A stretch of 64,000 nt of DNA from Candidatus Latescibacterota bacterium (GCA_965222605.1 OZ244960.1:3296001-3360000), one strand, 5' to 3'. Positions 10,506 through 21,828 are shown, counted from the first letter of the stretch. The notes: a model not told the origin generated them from the letters alone. Program-made: numbers and translations.

Positions 10506-10854
10506 TCACGAGGTCCTGTTCTATGATTTCATCTTCCTCAATCGTATTATATGCTTCCCAAATTCGCACGACGAGTGCCAATCCCAGGGAAAGGGTTGCG
10601 ATGCCTACGACAATTGCTGTCAGGATGAGCACATGGGGCAATGGGTTGGAATATGTGTCAATCCCTTCACCCAATATTGGCGCAGTGCCGCCGCTGACCT
10701 TTCCCATGCTGATATAGAGCAAGAAAACCGAAACTTGAAAGATACTCAGACCAATCAATTTTTTGATGAGATTGGGACGCGCAATTGCGGTGTACAATCC
10801 AATCATCATCAAGACCATGCAGGCCCAGTAGTTGAATAATCCGACGGAGATCAT
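10498..10854 (-). CDS. mrpC: Mrp antiporter subunit C
   Basis: NLIKKLIGL, NPLPHVLILTAIVVG. Confidence 0.93.
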   Translation of the reverse strand: MISVGLFNYWACMVLMMIGLYTAIARPNLIKKLIGLSIFQVSVFLLYISMGKVSGGTAPILGEGIDTYSNPLPHVLILTAIVVGIATLSLGLALVVRIWEAYNTIEEDEIIEQDLVND

Positions 10855-11276
10855 CGCAATTGCCTCCGACCTGCAAAAGCGAAAAAGATCGCTATCATTA
10901 CCGCAGCCACTGTAATACCCACGCCGAGTTCGACCAGAAAGATGCCCAGATGTTGTCCGTGTGCTGGGTCCTGGGGATCCAGAGCATTATAATCCAGGAA
11001 GTTGTGACCGAGAAATAAGGAGACCAATCCCGTGCCCGCATAGAGCAAGACGCCAAGGGCGACGAGAATTTCAATGACGCGGGGTTTTACGATCTGTTTT
11101 GTGGCTTGTAGGCCAAAAATGAGCGTGTAGAGCACCACTGCTGCGGCAAAGATCACACCGGCTTGAAACCCGCCTCCGGGGCTAAAGTCGCCGTGAAATT
11201 GCACATAGAGCGCGAATAACATGATCGGAGCAATTAACCACTTGCCCACTACGCGAGGAATACCCTGATGTCTCAT
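10851..11276 (-). CDS. mrpB: Mrp antiporter subunit B
   Basis: HGDFSPGGGFQAG, ELGVG. Confidence 0.92.
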   Translation of the reverse strand: MRHQGIPRVVGKWLIAPIMLFALYVQFHGDFSPGGGFQAGVIFAAAVVLYTLIFGLQATKQIVKPRVIEILVALGVLLYAGTGLVSLFLGHNFLDYNALDPQDPAHGQHLGIFLVELGVGITVAAVMIAIFFAFAGRRQLR

Positions 11277-11812
11277 TGTTTGTCCTCCTTGCGCCAGAGG
11301 TGTCCCATGAGCAATATTACACCGATACCCGCTGTAAAAATCACGGTTGTTTCACCCAGTGTATCGTATCCCCGATAGCTCGCCAATACCGATGTTACAA
11401 TATTGGGTATGTCTATTTCTTCTCCCGATTTTTCAATATAGCGATCGGCAACGTGTTTGTGAACGGGGGCATTGGGGTCACCGTATAGCGGCATATCCAG
11501 TGTGCCGTAAATAAGTGCGCTACCGGTAATTAGCACCGCGAGCAGTGCCAATACATTGTTTTTGCTGGCAATTTTTTCTTCGCGCGTCGTCAATGCCAGC
11601 GTGCCCAGCAGGAGCACGGTTGATACGCCGGCTCCAACAGCCGCTTCGGTAAATGCGACATCGACGGCGTCGAGCAATGTAAACATGATAGCCGATAGGA
11701 AGCTGAAAATACCCATCATCATTGCAGCCATAAACAAATTGTGCATTCGAGAAACCGCAATTGCGAGTACAATCATAAAAGACAGCAGGACGATGTCCGT
11801 AATTTCAGTCAT
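11273..11812 (-). CDS. DUF4040-type Mrp subunit (MrpA C-terminal / MrpB N-terminal part)
   Basis: DVAFTEAAVGAG, NIVTSVLASYRGYDTLGE. Confidence 0.88.
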   Translation of the reverse strand: MTEITDIVLLSFMIVLAIAVSRMHNLFMAAMMMGIFSFLSAIMFTLLDAVDVAFTEAAVGAGVSTVLLLGTLALTTREEKIASKNNVLALLAVLITGSALIYGTLDMPLYGDPNAPVHKHVADRYIEKSGEEIDIPNIVTSVLASYRGYDTLGETTVIFTAGIGVILLMGHLWRKEDKQ

Positions 11813-12137
11813 GCTCTTTTTTCCCTTTGTTGTCGGGATCGCTAAAAAAAGGCTTGAGACCCGATGTAAAAGCAGCTTTGCCTACCGCGTGGGTTGATGT
11901 TGGGCTGGTGATGAGTAATACCACCAAAATCATCACCAGTTTTACTGTGACCTCTGTCAGACCGCCCTGAAACATCAGCCCCACCAGAACAAGGCTGGCC
12001 CCCAGTGTGTCGGTAATGCCACCGCCGTGCATGCGGCTGTAAAAATCGGGCAAGCGCAACAGGCCCAGGCCGCCAATTATGCAAAAAACACTTCCCAGGC
12101 CGAGACAAATCCAGCTCAATACATCGACAATTATCAT
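11805..12137 (-). CDS. mrpG: Mrp antiporter subunit G
   Basis: GLLRLPDFYSRMH, TSPTSTHA. Confidence 0.92.
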   Translation of the reverse strand: MIIVDVLSWICLGLGSVFCIIGGLGLLRLPDFYSRMHGGGITDTLGASLVLVGLMFQGGLTEVTVKLVMILVVLLITSPTSTHAVGKAAFTSGLKPFFSDPDNKGKKEHD

Positions 12138-12424
12138 GGTGTTTGCGTCCTGTTTTCTTTTTCGGGATCGGCACCTAAGTCATTATAGGTCACAAATTTT
12201 AGAACGGCCAATGTACCGATAAAGTTGATCAATACATAAACAAGGGCCAGATCTAAAAAATCGGGCCGACCGGTCAAAAATCCGAGCACAGCAATAAATA
12301 ATACGGTTTTGGTGCCAAACATATTTACCGCGAGGATGCGATCGTACACTGTCGGTCCCAATAGCGCGCGGCAAAGTGCCAGTGCCATGGTGACCAATAT
12401 GCCGATCATTGCTGCAATAAACAT
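12134..12424 (-). CDS. mrpF: Mrp antiporter subunit F
   Basis: GPTVYDRILA, DLALVYVLINFIGT; start trimmed to ATG 12424. Confidence 0.92.
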   Translation of the reverse strand: MFIAAMIGILVTMALALCRALLGPTVYDRILAVNMFGTKTVLFIAVLGFLTGRPDFLDLALVYVLINFIGTLAVLKFVTYNDLGADPEKENRTQTP

Positions 12425-12425
12425 G

Positions 12426-12902
12426 TCATCGCTCCAATGCCGCCACACGGCGGTCCATATCGCCGCTTTGCACATCGTCAGCGGCTTCTTTTGTTAATGC
12501 GTGTACCACAATGTCTTCTTCATCCAGATCAAGTGATACGGTGCCGGGGGTCAGGGTTATTGAATTGGCAAAGATGACGCGACAAAGGTCCGTTTTTTGC
12601 GTTGCTTTTACGTGTACTACGCGCGGGGCAATGGGCAATTTGGGACTCAAGATTCGTTTTGCCACGTCTATATTCGCTTTGATAATGGCCCAGAACAACC
12701 ACGGAATATACAAAACGATGCGCCAAGTTAGATGAATCGGGATCCCTTCTTCATCTACAATCGCCAGGCGACCCGCCAGATAAACGACAAAAGCGCAGGA
12801 TAACACACCGATTACGAGAAGAAGCGAGTGATGAAGCGCGTAATGTCCAGACCAGAGCAGCCAGACGACAAATGCCAAAACGCACATCAAGATGTAACGC
12901 AT
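12426..12902 (-). CDS. mrpE: Mrp antiporter subunit E
   Basis: ANIDVA, ANSITLTPGT, VHAL. Confidence 0.93.
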   Translation of the reverse strand: MRYILMCVLAFVVWLLWSGHYALHHSLLLVIGVLSCAFVVYLAGRLAIVDEEGIPIHLTWRIVLYIPWLFWAIIKANIDVAKRILSPKLPIAPRVVHVKATQKTDLCRVIFANSITLTPGTVSLDLDEEDIVVHALTKEAADDVQSGDMDRRVAALER

Positions 12903-12934
12903 GTAAACCTCGAATTAAAGGCGGTGAGACGCGA

Positions 12935-12961
12935 GGGGACGGTCTCTGTGCCGTCCCTAAC
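12935..12961. repeat. GTAG-type REP palindrome
   Basis: GGGGACGGTCTCTGTGCCGTCCCTAAC, near-identical to the 3719 copy. Confidence 0.65.
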
Positions 12962-13143
12962 AGTCACCCCCAGCCTACTGAAAAGGCACAAGAAACCCGC
13001 TCGTTCGCCCGAATGGGTTGGATGAGCGAAGCATATTATTTATATTTTCTGAGCGCGAAAAATCAAGCAAAATATCGCGTTGTGTCTTATCTTGGGATAG
13101 ATGCAATCTTAGAGACGATTTAATTAATAGAAAGGTACATTCC

Positions 13144-13452
13144 GTGTCAACTATTCTGATCGCGTATGTGTTTACAGCACTTATTTTTGGTTTTTTTCTT
13201 TATTATTTTGTTTGGCGCAATCGCTATGTCACGCAGATTCGTTTGGCTATTCACAAGATTGAAGGGCGGGCTGTGAGCATTGAACGCATTGTGAGGGAAA
13301 CAAAAAAAATCCGGGTGGATCAGCGTCCGGATCTGTTGGCATTAAAACGCATTGAGTGGAAAGTTATTTACAAAGATCGGAATGACAATCTCTGCGAAGC
13401 CCGTTGCCGTGTTCAAGAAGGACAACTCGACTGGCATCCTCCGCTGCGTTGA
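13144..13452 (+). CDS. hypothetical single-TM protein
   Basis: GTG after AAAGG, one hydrophobic helix then a basic domain; lies between the nqr and mrp operons. Confidence 0.55.
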   Translation: MSTILIAYVFTALIFGFFLYYFVWRNRYVTQIRLAIHKIEGRAVSIERIVRETKKIRVDQRPDLLALKRIEWKVIYKDRNDNLCEARCRVQEGQLDWHPPLR

Positions 13453-13680
13453 TTATCCCACTTTTTCCGCAATGGAGACTGTGGTCTGGTCTTTTTGCGC
13501 TTTCTTTCGCCGTGGGCATGTAAAGCACGCGGAATCTTCGTCGGAACCTTGTTCTGAGGTTTCTAACACATCGCCACAACAACTTTGCTGCTTTTTTTTG
13601 TATTGTGCAAATGTCAACGCACCTGCCATAAACGCAAATGCCACGACGAGAAAGATCGTCGCTGTCAATATTGTTTCCAT
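13453..13680 (-). CDS. nqrM: NqrM-like Na+-NQR maturation protein
   Basis: Directly after apbE; N-terminal TM, KKK, SCCG and CxxC cysteine cluster. Confidence 0.6.
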   Translation of the reverse strand: METILTATIFLVVAFAFMAGALTFAQYKKKQQSCCGDVLETSEQGSDEDSACFTCPRRKKAQKDQTTVSIAEKVG

Positions 13681-13690
13681 TGTTGTGTCC

Positions 13691-14689
13691 TTATTTGAGC
13701 AGTTCCTCAAAATTAGACGTCATTTTTTCCACAAACTCATCCCCTTGTCTCACGATCATAAATACGGCGAGATTGCGTTTTTCGGCAAATACAAATCCCT
13801 TTTCTGGTCCCATTGCGTTGATCGCCGTGGCCAATCCATCGGCGTAGGCACAACTTTTGTGTATTACTGTTACGGAGGCCAAAGCGTGCGTTATGGGGCG
13901 TCCTGTGCGCGGGTCAATGGTGTGGGAATACCGCACGCCGTCGCGTTCAAAATAATTGTGGTAATCGCCCGATGTCGCCATGGACATGTTGTCCAGGGCG
14001 AGTGCTTTTTGTAGTTCGCCCTGTCCGGCTGGACTCGCAATGCCAATTCGCCAGAGTTGTCGCAGGTGATTGTGTCCCTTTGTTCGCAGTTCTCCGCCGA
14101 TTTCGATAAAATAGCGATTAATGCCCAGGCTGTCCAGATAACTCGCGACGCGATCTACACCAAATCCCTTGGCTATCGCAGATAAGTCGCAATAGACTTC
14201 AGGAATTTCTTTTTTTATTGCGGAAATAGATAGAGCGACGCGAATTTTTTTGTAGCCTACCAGTGTTTTAGCAGCTTCAATTGAGTCGGGCGATGGCACG
14301 CGGTCGGGGATGGCACTGGGACCAAAACCCCACAGATTGACGAGGGGACCAATCGTGACGTCAAACGCGCCATCGGACCAGGTGCTGATTTCTTGCGCGA
14401 TATGTAAAACATAAGCAAAGTCCGATGAAACGCCAAACCAGTCTGTTGAACGCGCGCGGTTGAATTGGGTGATTTCGGAGTTGTCACGATAAGTGGACAT
14501 CTGGCGATTGACTTCTGTCAGGCGTGCATTGATTTCTCGCTCCAGTACATCCAGGTCCATAGTTATCTCACTCTGGACGATCTTGACCTGAAATGTCGTT
14601 CCCATCGTCGGACCAGAAATCGTTATTAGCTGATCCTGACATCCGACAAGGGCAGATAACAGGATTGGAAATACCCATCGCCAGCGCAT
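13691..14689 (-). CDS. apbE: FAD:protein FMN transferase ApbE (lipoprotein)
   Basis: Lipobox LVGC, GPTMGT, DLSAIAKG, EIGGE, ATSGDY, HTIDPRTG. Confidence 0.95.
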   Translation of the reverse strand: MRWRWVFPILLSALVGCQDQLITISGPTMGTTFQVKIVQSEITMDLDVLEREINARLTEVNRQMSTYRDNSEITQFNRARSTDWFGVSSDFAYVLHIAQEISTWSDGAFDVTIGPLVNLWGFGPSAIPDRVPSPDSIEAAKTLVGYKKIRVALSISAIKKEIPEVYCDLSAIAKGFGVDRVASYLDSLGINRYFIEIGGELRTKGHNHLRQLWRIGIASPAGQGELQKALALDNMSMATSGDYHNYFERDGVRYSHTIDPRTGRPITHALASVTVIHKSCAYADGLATAINAMGPEKGFVFAEKRNLAVFMIVRQGDEFVEKMTSNFEELLK

Positions 14690-14762
14690 ATCGTATCTCA
14701 AAAGAAAAGCGGAGGCCAGTACTGCGGCACTCCGCCATATATAGTTTCTATGTCGCAAATGT

Positions 14763-16013
14763 TTAGCTGCCAAAGTCGTCGAACAAGACGTTCTCGGATT
14801 CCACGCCCATATCGTCCAGCATGTTCAGGCAGGCGATTAACATCGGCGGGGGACCACAGATATAATATTCGCAATCTTCAGGCGCCGGGAGATCTTTTAA
14901 GTACTCATCGTAGAGGACCTGGTGAATAAATCCGGTCAGGCCCGTCCAATTGTCTTCCGGCATTGGGTCGGATAGTGCCACATGCCATGTAAAGTTGTCG
15001 AATTCGCTCTGCAAGCCGTCGAAGTCATCGACGTAAAACATTTCATTCAGACTGCGCGCGCCATACCAGAAGGTTACTTTGCGATCTGTGCCAATGCGTT
15101 TGAACTGATCGAAGATATGTGACCGCATCGGCGCCATGCCCGCGCCGCCACCAATGAAGATCATTTCTGCGTCGGTCTCTTTGGCATAGAACTCGCCATA
15201 GGGTCCAGAAATGGTTACGTCATCGCCGGGTTTCAAATCGAATGTCCACGACGACATTATGCCCGGCGGAATGCCCGTTGTGCCCGGCGGTGGGGACGCC
15301 ACGCGGATGTTGAGCATAATAATCCCTTTTTCTTCGGGATAATTCGCCATTGAATACGCGCGGAAAACGGGTTCATCTACTGTTGAGACATTGTCCCACA
15401 CATTGAAATGATCCCAGGTACTTTTAAAGCGGTCTTCCCCATCGGCGGCTTTGATGTCGAAGTTGTGATAGTCAACGGTGTGGGGCGGGCATTCGGTCTG
15501 AATAAAACCACCGGCTCGGAACCCGACATCTTCCCCTGGCGGTAGTTCGAGAACGAGTTCTTTGATAAATGTGGCGACATTGTAATTTGAGAGCACTTTG
15601 CAGTTCCACTTTTTGATGCTAAATACCTCGGCAGGCACTTCGATATTCATATCGCCTTTCACGGTTACCTGGCACGAAAGCCGACACCCTTCCCGCGCTT
15701 CTTTGCGGTTGATGTGGGATCGCTCGGTAGCTAAGATATCGCCTCCCCCATCGTTGATCGTCACTTTGCACTGCCCACAGGTGCCGCCTCCACCACAGGC
15801 GGAAGACACAAAAATTTTATTATCGGCCAATGTGTTGAGCAACTTGCCACCCACGGGAACAGAAATGCTGTGGTCGGGGTCGTCATTGATCATAATGCGG
15901 GCTTGCCCCGCGGCAACCAGTTGGGATCTGGCAGCGAGAATGATCGCCACCAGGACGAGTACAATGGTCGTAAACATCCCTACACCGAGTACAATTAGCT
16001 TTGCGTCTTCCAT
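14763..16013 (-). CDS. nqrF: Na+-translocating NADH:quinone oxidoreductase subunit F
   Basis: [10 protein letters not shown] 2Fe-2S motif, [30 protein letters not shown]. Confidence 0.97.
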   Translation of the reverse strand: MEDAKLIVLGVGMFTTIVLVLVAIILAARSQLVAAGQARIMINDDPDHSISVPVGGKLLNTLADNKIFVSSACGGGGTCGQCKVTINDGGGDILATERSHINRKEAREGCRLSCQVTVKGDMNIEVPAEVFSIKKWNCKVLSNYNVATFIKELVLELPPGEDVGFRAGGFIQTECPPHTVDYHNFDIKAADGEDRFKSTWDHFNVWDNVSTVDEPVFRAYSMANYPEEKGIIMLNIRVASPPPGTTGIPPGIMSSWTFDLKPGDDVTISGPYGEFYAKETDAEMIFIGGGAGMAPMRSHIFDQFKRIGTDRKVTFWYGARSLNEMFYVDDFDGLQSEFDNFTWHVALSDPMPEDNWTGLTGFIHQVLYDEYLKDLPAPEDCEYYICGPPPMLIACLNMLDDMGVESENVLFDDFGS

Positions 16014-16036
16014 ATCATCTCCACGCTTGCCCGGAA

Positions 16037-16648
16037 TTAAAGTTGAATTCCCGAAAAGAGCATAAATGCCATCGCCATCAATCCCACGGTCATAAACGTA
16101 ATGCCCAGCCCGCGCAGTGCAGGCGGTACATTGCTGTATTTCATTTTTTCGCGTATGCCTGCCAGCCCGACAATGGCGAGTGCCCAACCCGTGCCACTGC
16201 CCAGTCCAAAGACGACGCTTTCGGAAAAATTAAAGTCGCGCTCGACCATGAGCAGCGAACCGCCTAAGATCGCGCAGTTCACTGTGATGAGCGGCAAGAA
16301 TATGCCCAGGGCGTTGTACAGGCTGGGTACATATTTGTCCAGTACCATTTCCAGAATTTGAATCATCGCGGCGATCACGCCGATATATGTGACCAGGCCC
16401 AAAAATGTGAGATCCACATTTGGCAAACCCGCCCAGGCCAGGGCTCCTTCGGTCAGCACATGATGAAAAATTAGATTGTTGATCGGTACGGTAATTGTCT
16501 GCACCACAATTACCGCAATGCCCAGGCCGACAGCGGTTGTCACTTGTTTGGAAACAGCCAGGTATGTACACATGCCTAAAAAGAAAGCGAGGGCCATGTT
16601 TTCGACAAAAACGGCTTTGACAAATAAGCTGATATAGTGTTCGGCCAT
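16037..16648 (-). CDS. nqrE: Na+-NQR subunit E
   Basis: [25 protein letters not shown]. Confidence 0.97.
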   Translation of the reverse strand: MAEHYISLFVKAVFVENMALAFFLGMCTYLAVSKQVTTAVGLGIAVIVVQTITVPINNLIFHHVLTEGALAWAGLPNVDLTFLGLVTYIGVIAAMIQILEMVLDKYVPSLYNALGIFLPLITVNCAILGGSLLMVERDFNFSESVVFGLGSGTGWALAIVGLAGIREKMKYSNVPPALRGLGITFMTVGLMAMAFMLFSGIQL

Positions 16649-16649
16649 T

Positions 16650-17333
16650 TTAATCCTCTTCCTCTTGTTCGGGTTTCCACGCTCGCACAACCCAGATGAA
16701 GAACCCGATTAAGAAAAACGCACTCGGCGATAATAACATCAAGCCGTTGGGCAGGTACCAGCCGCCTTCTGTGACGAGTGGCAAAACATCAATTCCCAAG
16801 ATTTTACCCGATCCCAAAAGTTCGCGAAAAAACCCCACCACAATTAAGATGGTACTGTAACCAAATCCATTTCCCAGGCCATCTAATAAGCTGTGCGTGG
16901 GGGGATTTTTCATTGCAAATCCTTCGGCGCGCCCCATAATGATGCAGTTGGTAATGATCAGTCCGACAAAGATTGACAATTGCTTGGATATGCTGTAAGC
17001 AAATGCCTGGATAGCTTCGTCGGCGATAATTACGAGCGTGGCAATAATGGTCATTTGGACAATGATGCGCACGCTGGACGGAATGTGATTTCTGATCAGG
17101 CTTACCGATATATTGGAAAGAGCCAGAACAAAGATGACCGCCATAGACATGACGATTGAAGTTTCCAGTTTGGTTGTCACCGCGAGTGCCGAACACACGC
17201 CCAATACCTGACGCCCGATCGGGTTGTCATCAAAAACAGGCGTCAATAACAGGCTTTTGGCTTCTTTCGCCGTCAATGACGGAGATGGTGGCACTTCTGG
17301 TGCTTGTTCTTCCCGTTCGATTACTTCAGCCAC
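16650..17333 (-). CDS. nqrD: Na+-NQR subunit D
   Basis: [26 protein letters not shown]; GTG start after GGAGG. Confidence 0.97.
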   Translation of the reverse strand: MAEVIEREEQAPEVPPSPSLTAKEAKSLLLTPVFDDNPIGRQVLGVCSALAVTTKLETSIVMSMAVIFVLALSNISVSLIRNHIPSSVRIIVQMTIIATLVIIADEAIQAFAYSISKQLSIFVGLIITNCIIMGRAEGFAMKNPPTHSLLDGLGNGFGYSTILIVVGFFRELLGSGKILGIDVLPLVTEGGWYLPNGLMLLSPSAFFLIGFFIWVVRAWKPEQEEED

Positions 17334-18123
17334 GAACACCTCCTTGTTTTAGCGTATTTAAAAATCGACCGTATCCTTCGTTGCCCAACCAGTACTTGAG
17401 CATATTGTCTAATCCCCGCGTGGTGATGGTCGCACCCGATAGACCATCGACCTGGTATTTTGCTTTTGCACTTTTGGGATTTACCTGGCCTTTGATCACA
17501 GAGATCGCCACATCGCCCGCATCGTCAAATGCCTGTTTGCCAGGCCACAATCCTTTCCATCTGGCGTTATCTACCTCGCCACCCAATCCCGGGGTTTCGC
17601 CGTGTTCGTAAAATGTGATGCCCTGAATGCTTTGCAGATCACTGCCCAGAGATACAAAACCGTAGAGCGTGGACCAGAGGCCATAGCCGTAGATGGGCAA
17701 AATAATGCGCTGCAATTTGTCGTTTTCCATCACTTTATAGACGAAGATATATTTCGGGCGGTTGCGAATATTTGCAATGTCTTTAGCCGCATCAACAGGA
17801 CGCCCAAAAGTGGGGTCAGCGGCCATTTTCTTCAGGTCATAAGTATCTATGTTAATGCCATCGGGATATTCTTCGCTGTTCAAAATCTGCCCTGTGTCCA
17901 ATTTAATAAGCAGTGGCACGACCTTATTTTTATAAACGGATTGCACATCAACCGAGGGATCGTATAACCCGCCTGCAATCAGGATATTTTTTACCTTGTC
18001 GAGGCGTTTGTTTTCTTTTTGGATATCGTGTAGGGATACAGCAGCTAATGAGACAAAAAGAGAACATACCAGACAAAGGGCTACCGCAACAAAGATCGTT
18101 TTTTGGATGCTGTCATTCTGCAC
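17326..18123 (-). CDS. nqrC: Na+-NQR subunit C
   Basis: [14 protein letters not shown], flavinylation motif DGLSGATIT. Confidence 0.97.
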   Translation of the reverse strand: MQNDSIQKTIFVAVALCLVCSLFVSLAAVSLHDIQKENKRLDKVKNILIAGGLYDPSVDVQSVYKNKVVPLLIKLDTGQILNSEEYPDGINIDTYDLKKMAADPTFGRPVDAAKDIANIRNRPKYIFVYKVMENDKLQRIILPIYGYGLWSTLYGFVSLGSDLQSIQGITFYEHGETPGLGGEVDNARWKGLWPGKQAFDDAGDVAISVIKGQVNPKSAKAKYQVDGLSGATITTRGLDNMLKYWLGNEGYGRFLNTLKQGGVRG

Positions 18124-19312
18124 GGGCCAGTCTCCTTTTGATATTGCGGTTGATAAAGACGCGGTCGATAATGGGCGCGAATACGTTGGCGAATAATATA
18201 GCCAGCATGATGCCTTCGGGATAGGCCGGGTTGGTCACGCGGATCAATACTGTCATCACGCCAATTAGAATACCATAGACCCATTTGCCCTGGCGCGTCA
18301 TGGCTGCGCTGACCGGATCGGTTGCCATAAATACCGTGCCAAATGCAAAACCGCCGATGACAAAATGCCAGGCCGGAGATACGTTGAGCAGCGGATTGGT
18401 GGTGCTGCCGATCCAATTGAAGAGCCACGCAGATACAATCATGCCGATGGTTACACCGGCCATGATTTGCCACGAGCCAACGCGTGTGAGAATTAGAACG
18501 CCGGCACCCAGCAAGCAGCAAAGGGTTGAGGTTTCACCCATGGACCCCGGAATCAAACCGATAAAGGACTCCCACCATGTATAATCCATCTGGATATGGG
18601 TATCGGCATACGCCGCCAGTGGTGTTGCCTGGCTATATCCATCGACGGCGATCCAGACCGCATCGCCTGAGATTTGCGCGGGATAGGCAAAGTAGAGAAA
18701 TGCACGGCCCGTAAGCGCGGGGTTTAAGAAGTTCATCCCTACGCCGCCAAAGATTTCTTTGCCTATTACGACGCCAAAAATGATGCCAAGGGCGACCTGC
18801 CACAGGGGAATCAGAGGGGGCATTGTCAGGGGAAATAGCGTGCTGGTAACGAGAAATCCCTCGTTGATCTCGTGCTTGCGAATGACTGCAAAGATGGCTT
18901 CGCAGATGCCGCCCGCGGCTACGGTTACGAGTTGTACGGGTACAAAATAAATGGCGCCGATCGCAAAACAACTGAGTACGTCGGAGGGCAGGAAAGACAA
19001 GCCCAGTGCCTGGGCGAGCCAGATGTGCCAATCGCCAGTGCCGATCACGCCGATATTTTGATAGGCCAGACTCGCTTGCAGGCCCGTATTGTACAGTGCC
19101 ATTAAAATACAGGGTTGTAGTGAAAGGACGACTGTGATCATCATCCGTTTCAAATCCATGCCGTCGCGCACATGGGCATCGGCATGGGTGACTTCGCCGG
19201 GGGTGTAAAGGAATGTGTCCCCGGCTTCGTAAAACGGATACAGTTTTTCGAGTTTGCCGCCTTCTTCGAAGTGCTCGGCTTGTTTGTCTAATAAATCGCG
19301 TAGTGGCTTCAC
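18113..19312 (-). CDS. nqrB: Na+-NQR subunit B
   Basis: [34 protein letters not shown]. Confidence 0.97.
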   Translation of the reverse strand: MKPLRDLLDKQAEHFEEGGKLEKLYPFYEAGDTFLYTPGEVTHADAHVRDGMDLKRMMITVVLSLQPCILMALYNTGLQASLAYQNIGVIGTGDWHIWLAQALGLSFLPSDVLSCFAIGAIYFVPVQLVTVAAGGICEAIFAVIRKHEINEGFLVTSTLFPLTMPPLIPLWQVALGIIFGVVIGKEIFGGVGMNFLNPALTGRAFLYFAYPAQISGDAVWIAVDGYSQATPLAAYADTHIQMDYTWWESFIGLIPGSMGETSTLCCLLGAGVLILTRVGSWQIMAGVTIGMIVSAWLFNWIGSTTNPLLNVSPAWHFVIGGFAFGTVFMATDPVSAAMTRQGKWVYGILIGVMTVLIRVTNPAYPEGIMLAILFANVFAPIIDRVFINRNIKRRLARAE

Positions 19313-20664
19313 TAGCCTTCCTTTTCAATCTCGGTGAGGTTCTCGCGCAAAATAGGCCCAAAATCCATTTTTGACGAACACGAAAATGTGCATAGTGATA
19401 GGTCTTCTTCATCCAATTCCAGAATGCCGAGTTTTTCGGCGTCGTCGAGGTCGCGGGTGACGAGTGCCCGAATCAAAAAGTTGGGCAAAATGTCCAGCGG
19501 CATCACCTCGTCGTAATTGCCATGCGGCACGAGTGCGCGGTGACTTCCATTTATGGAGGTGTTTAATTTGAGGCGTTGGCCGAAGAACAATTTGGACAGG
19601 GCCAGGTTTTTTATGGTGAAAAATTCTAAGCCCGGCGTGATCCAGCCCAAAAAGGCGCGTTTGTTGCCTTCTTCAAGTGCGGTAATTTGCTGGTGATATC
19701 GCCCCAAAAAGGCGCGGACTTCGTCTGCTTTGCGCCCGGAGAGAACAGAGCCGCTGATGATCCGGTTTTCGACGTTTTCGAGTTCGCCTTCTACGAGATC
19801 CATTATTGAAGCACCCATCCGCGTGCGGATCAATTTGGGGTGTTTCACGGTGGGACCGCTCAGGGATACCACGCGCTCGGTCATAATACGCCCGGTTGTG
19901 AACAGATGTCCATAGGCAATTACATCCTGAAGTCCGATGTGCCAGACTGTTTTGTTGCGGTGAACGGGATCTAAGAAGTGGATGTGTGTACCGACCAATC
20001 CGGCGGGATGGGGACCGGAAAATTCTTCGACCTGTACGCTGTCATCATCGATTTCAGGCAGATCCAATTCCGGGTCTCTACAGAGAAAAACCGTCCCATC
20101 CACGAGTTTTGAGACAATTTTGAGACCCAATGCGAATTTTTTTTCCTGCCCGGCTAATACACGCGCCATGTCCGGGGATAGGGGATTGGTGTCCATCGCG
20201 TTGACAAAGATGGATTGTGCCTCAGTCGCGGGGTCGGCTACTTTGCTAAATGGCCGCGCTCTCAGGGCGGTCCATTGTCCCGATGCGATGAGTTGTTCTT
20301 TGACTGTTTCCCGATCAAGGTTGTCGATTTCATCTTCTCGATGGGATGCAAAGGTGATTTCATCATTGCCTTCCAACCGGATTACCATGGATAAAAAGGC
20401 GCGTTTTATTCCCCGGTTTATGGAGATTACCTCGCCTGCGCCGGGTGAGGTATAAAGAACACCTTCCATTTTTTTGTCGGTGAACAACACATCGCCGAGT
20501 TTGACGCGGTCTCCCACTTGAGCCACGATTGTGGGACGCATGCCCACATAATCTTCACCTAAAAGTGCTACGGTCTGGACTGGCTTGCCATTTTGTACTG
20601 TGGATTGATCGGGTACGCCGCTAATGGGAAGGTCGAGTCCTTGTTTAATTTTTGTCAATGCCAT
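19312..20664 (-). CDS. nqrA: Na+-NQR subunit A
   Basis: [39 protein letters not shown]. Confidence 0.97.
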   Translation of the reverse strand: MALTKIKQGLDLPISGVPDQSTVQNGKPVQTVALLGEDYVGMRPTIVAQVGDRVKLGDVLFTDKKMEGVLYTSPGAGEVISINRGIKRAFLSMVIRLEGNDEITFASHREDEIDNLDRETVKEQLIASGQWTALRARPFSKVADPATEAQSIFVNAMDTNPLSPDMARVLAGQEKKFALGLKIVSKLVDGTVFLCRDPELDLPEIDDDSVQVEEFSGPHPAGLVGTHIHFLDPVHRNKTVWHIGLQDVIAYGHLFTTGRIMTERVVSLSGPTVKHPKLIRTRMGASIMDLVEGELENVENRIISGSVLSGRKADEVRAFLGRYHQQITALEEGNKRAFLGWITPGLEFFTIKNLALSKLFFGQRLKLNTSINGSHRALVPHGNYDEVMPLDILPNFLIRALVTRDLDDAEKLGILELDEEDLSLCTFSCSSKMDFGPILRENLTEIEKEG

Positions 20665-20687
20665 TATGGTCCTCAATTTTTTCCAAT

Positions 20688-20892
20688 AAAAAAAGCAACC
20701 ACAACTGTCAAAGGGCCTTAATGAACAAGGGGGAGACAGACAGTGCAGTTGCTATTTTGTAGGTGCTATGAGCACCTACGTGCATTGGAAACGAATCCAT
20801 CGTAATCCAGATAAAGAACAGATGTGTTGTTCAAAAATGCAATAGTTTTCTTGTTTCAGAATTAATCTATTATAAGCGTTTTTAATTGTCAA
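20688..20892 (-). promoter_or_regulatory. nqr promoter and ~190-nt structured leader ending in a terminator-like hairpin
   Basis: TTGACA(20892-20887)-N17-TAGATT(20869-20864); perfect 9-bp hairpin 20759-20779; AGCAAC...GTTGCT stem with U-run about 25 nt before the nqrA start. Confidence 0.55.
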
Positions 20893-21065
20893 GGAAAAGG
20901 CGTTGTGTTAGAAAAAATAAATATAGATCGGGGTTCTCATATTTTGCAAAGAGCAATTTGCGCTTGTGCAAATGGAGCGAGTAGGGTATGCATGACACCA
21001 ATGCCATCGAAATCCATAGCTCGGAGAGGACGGTCCTGGCTAACGATCCTGAAAAAACTCATTCC

Positions 21066-21094
21066 TTGACAATAAAGCGATTTTTTAATAGAAT
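21066..21094 (+). promoter_or_regulatory. promoter of toxin-antitoxin operon
   Basis: TTGACA-N17-TAGAAT; GTCACAA/GTCATAA repeat just downstream may be an operator. Confidence 0.65.
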
Positions 21095-21141
21095 TTGAAT
21101 ATAGTCACAAATATGGTCATAATTTTTGAAAAGGAGTAAAA

Positions 21142-21375
21142 ATGTCTTCAATTTCTAAAAGTAAATTGAAAGCCAATATGCTTCGTATCTTTCGTCATAT
21201 TGAAAATACTGGCGAAGAAATGATTGTCACAGATCACAATCGTCCCGTTTTACGCATTCAGTCTATTGTACAAAAAAAGACAGTGGAAGAGGTGTTCGGT
21301 AACGTTCAGGGCAAAGTCATCTACCGCGAAGACATCAATACACCGACCACCGACGAGTGGAAAGATCTGTCGTGA
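21142..21375 (+). CDS. Phd/YefM-family antitoxin
   Basis: SKSKLKA...TGEEMIVTDHNRPV; GTGA overlap with the toxin gene. Confidence 0.85.
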   Translation: MSSISKSKLKANMLRIFRHIENTGEEMIVTDHNRPVLRIQSIVQKKTVEEVFGNVQGKVIYREDINTPTTDEWKDLS

Positions 21376-21752
21376 TCGTTCTGGACACTTCGGCTCTCAT
21401 ATTCTGGACTCTGGATCGAGAGCGACTATCTCAAATCGCGGCACAAGCGATCTCAGACGCCGACCATATTGCCATCAGTTCTATCTCTATATGGGAAATC
21501 GGCATAAAAGTTAAAAAACAAAAACTCATTATACCGATTTCTATCCGGGAATTTACGGATAAACTGAAAGCAATAGACCGCTTCGATATTCTGCCTGTAG
21601 ATGCCCAGACCTGGATCAAAAACCTCGAACTCAACTGGGATCATGGCGACCCTGCTGATCGCACAATTGTTGCGACTGCCAGTCTGCACGCTTGCCCACT
21701 TGTCACTTCAGATTCTGCTATCCGCGCATTTTATTCACAGACAATCTGGTAA
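21372..21752 (+). CDS. vapC: VapC-family PIN-domain toxin
   Basis: VLDTSALIF, SIWEI, HGDPADRTIVATA, LVTSD. Confidence 0.9.
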   Translation: MIVLDTSALIFWTLDRERLSQIAAQAISDADHIAISSISIWEIGIKVKKQKLIIPISIREFTDKLKAIDRFDILPVDAQTWIKNLELNWDHGDPADRTIVATASLHACPLVTSDSAIRAFYSQTIW

Positions 21753-21828
21753 GCTCGATCTTCCTTATAGCAAGAGCCTGATCTGGAAAGGGCGATTCCT
21801 CGAAAACTTTTACAGAAATGGATTTGAC

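Noticed and set aside
12962-13070. Possible Na+/Li+ riboswitch in the mrpE leader
   Set aside because: Some pairing potential, but no motif I can match and no clear terminator; part of the structure is a REP
21601-21828. N-terminal extension of the GWxTD ORF overlapping vapC
   Set aside because: Longest-ORF artefact; the signal peptide begins at GTG 21829
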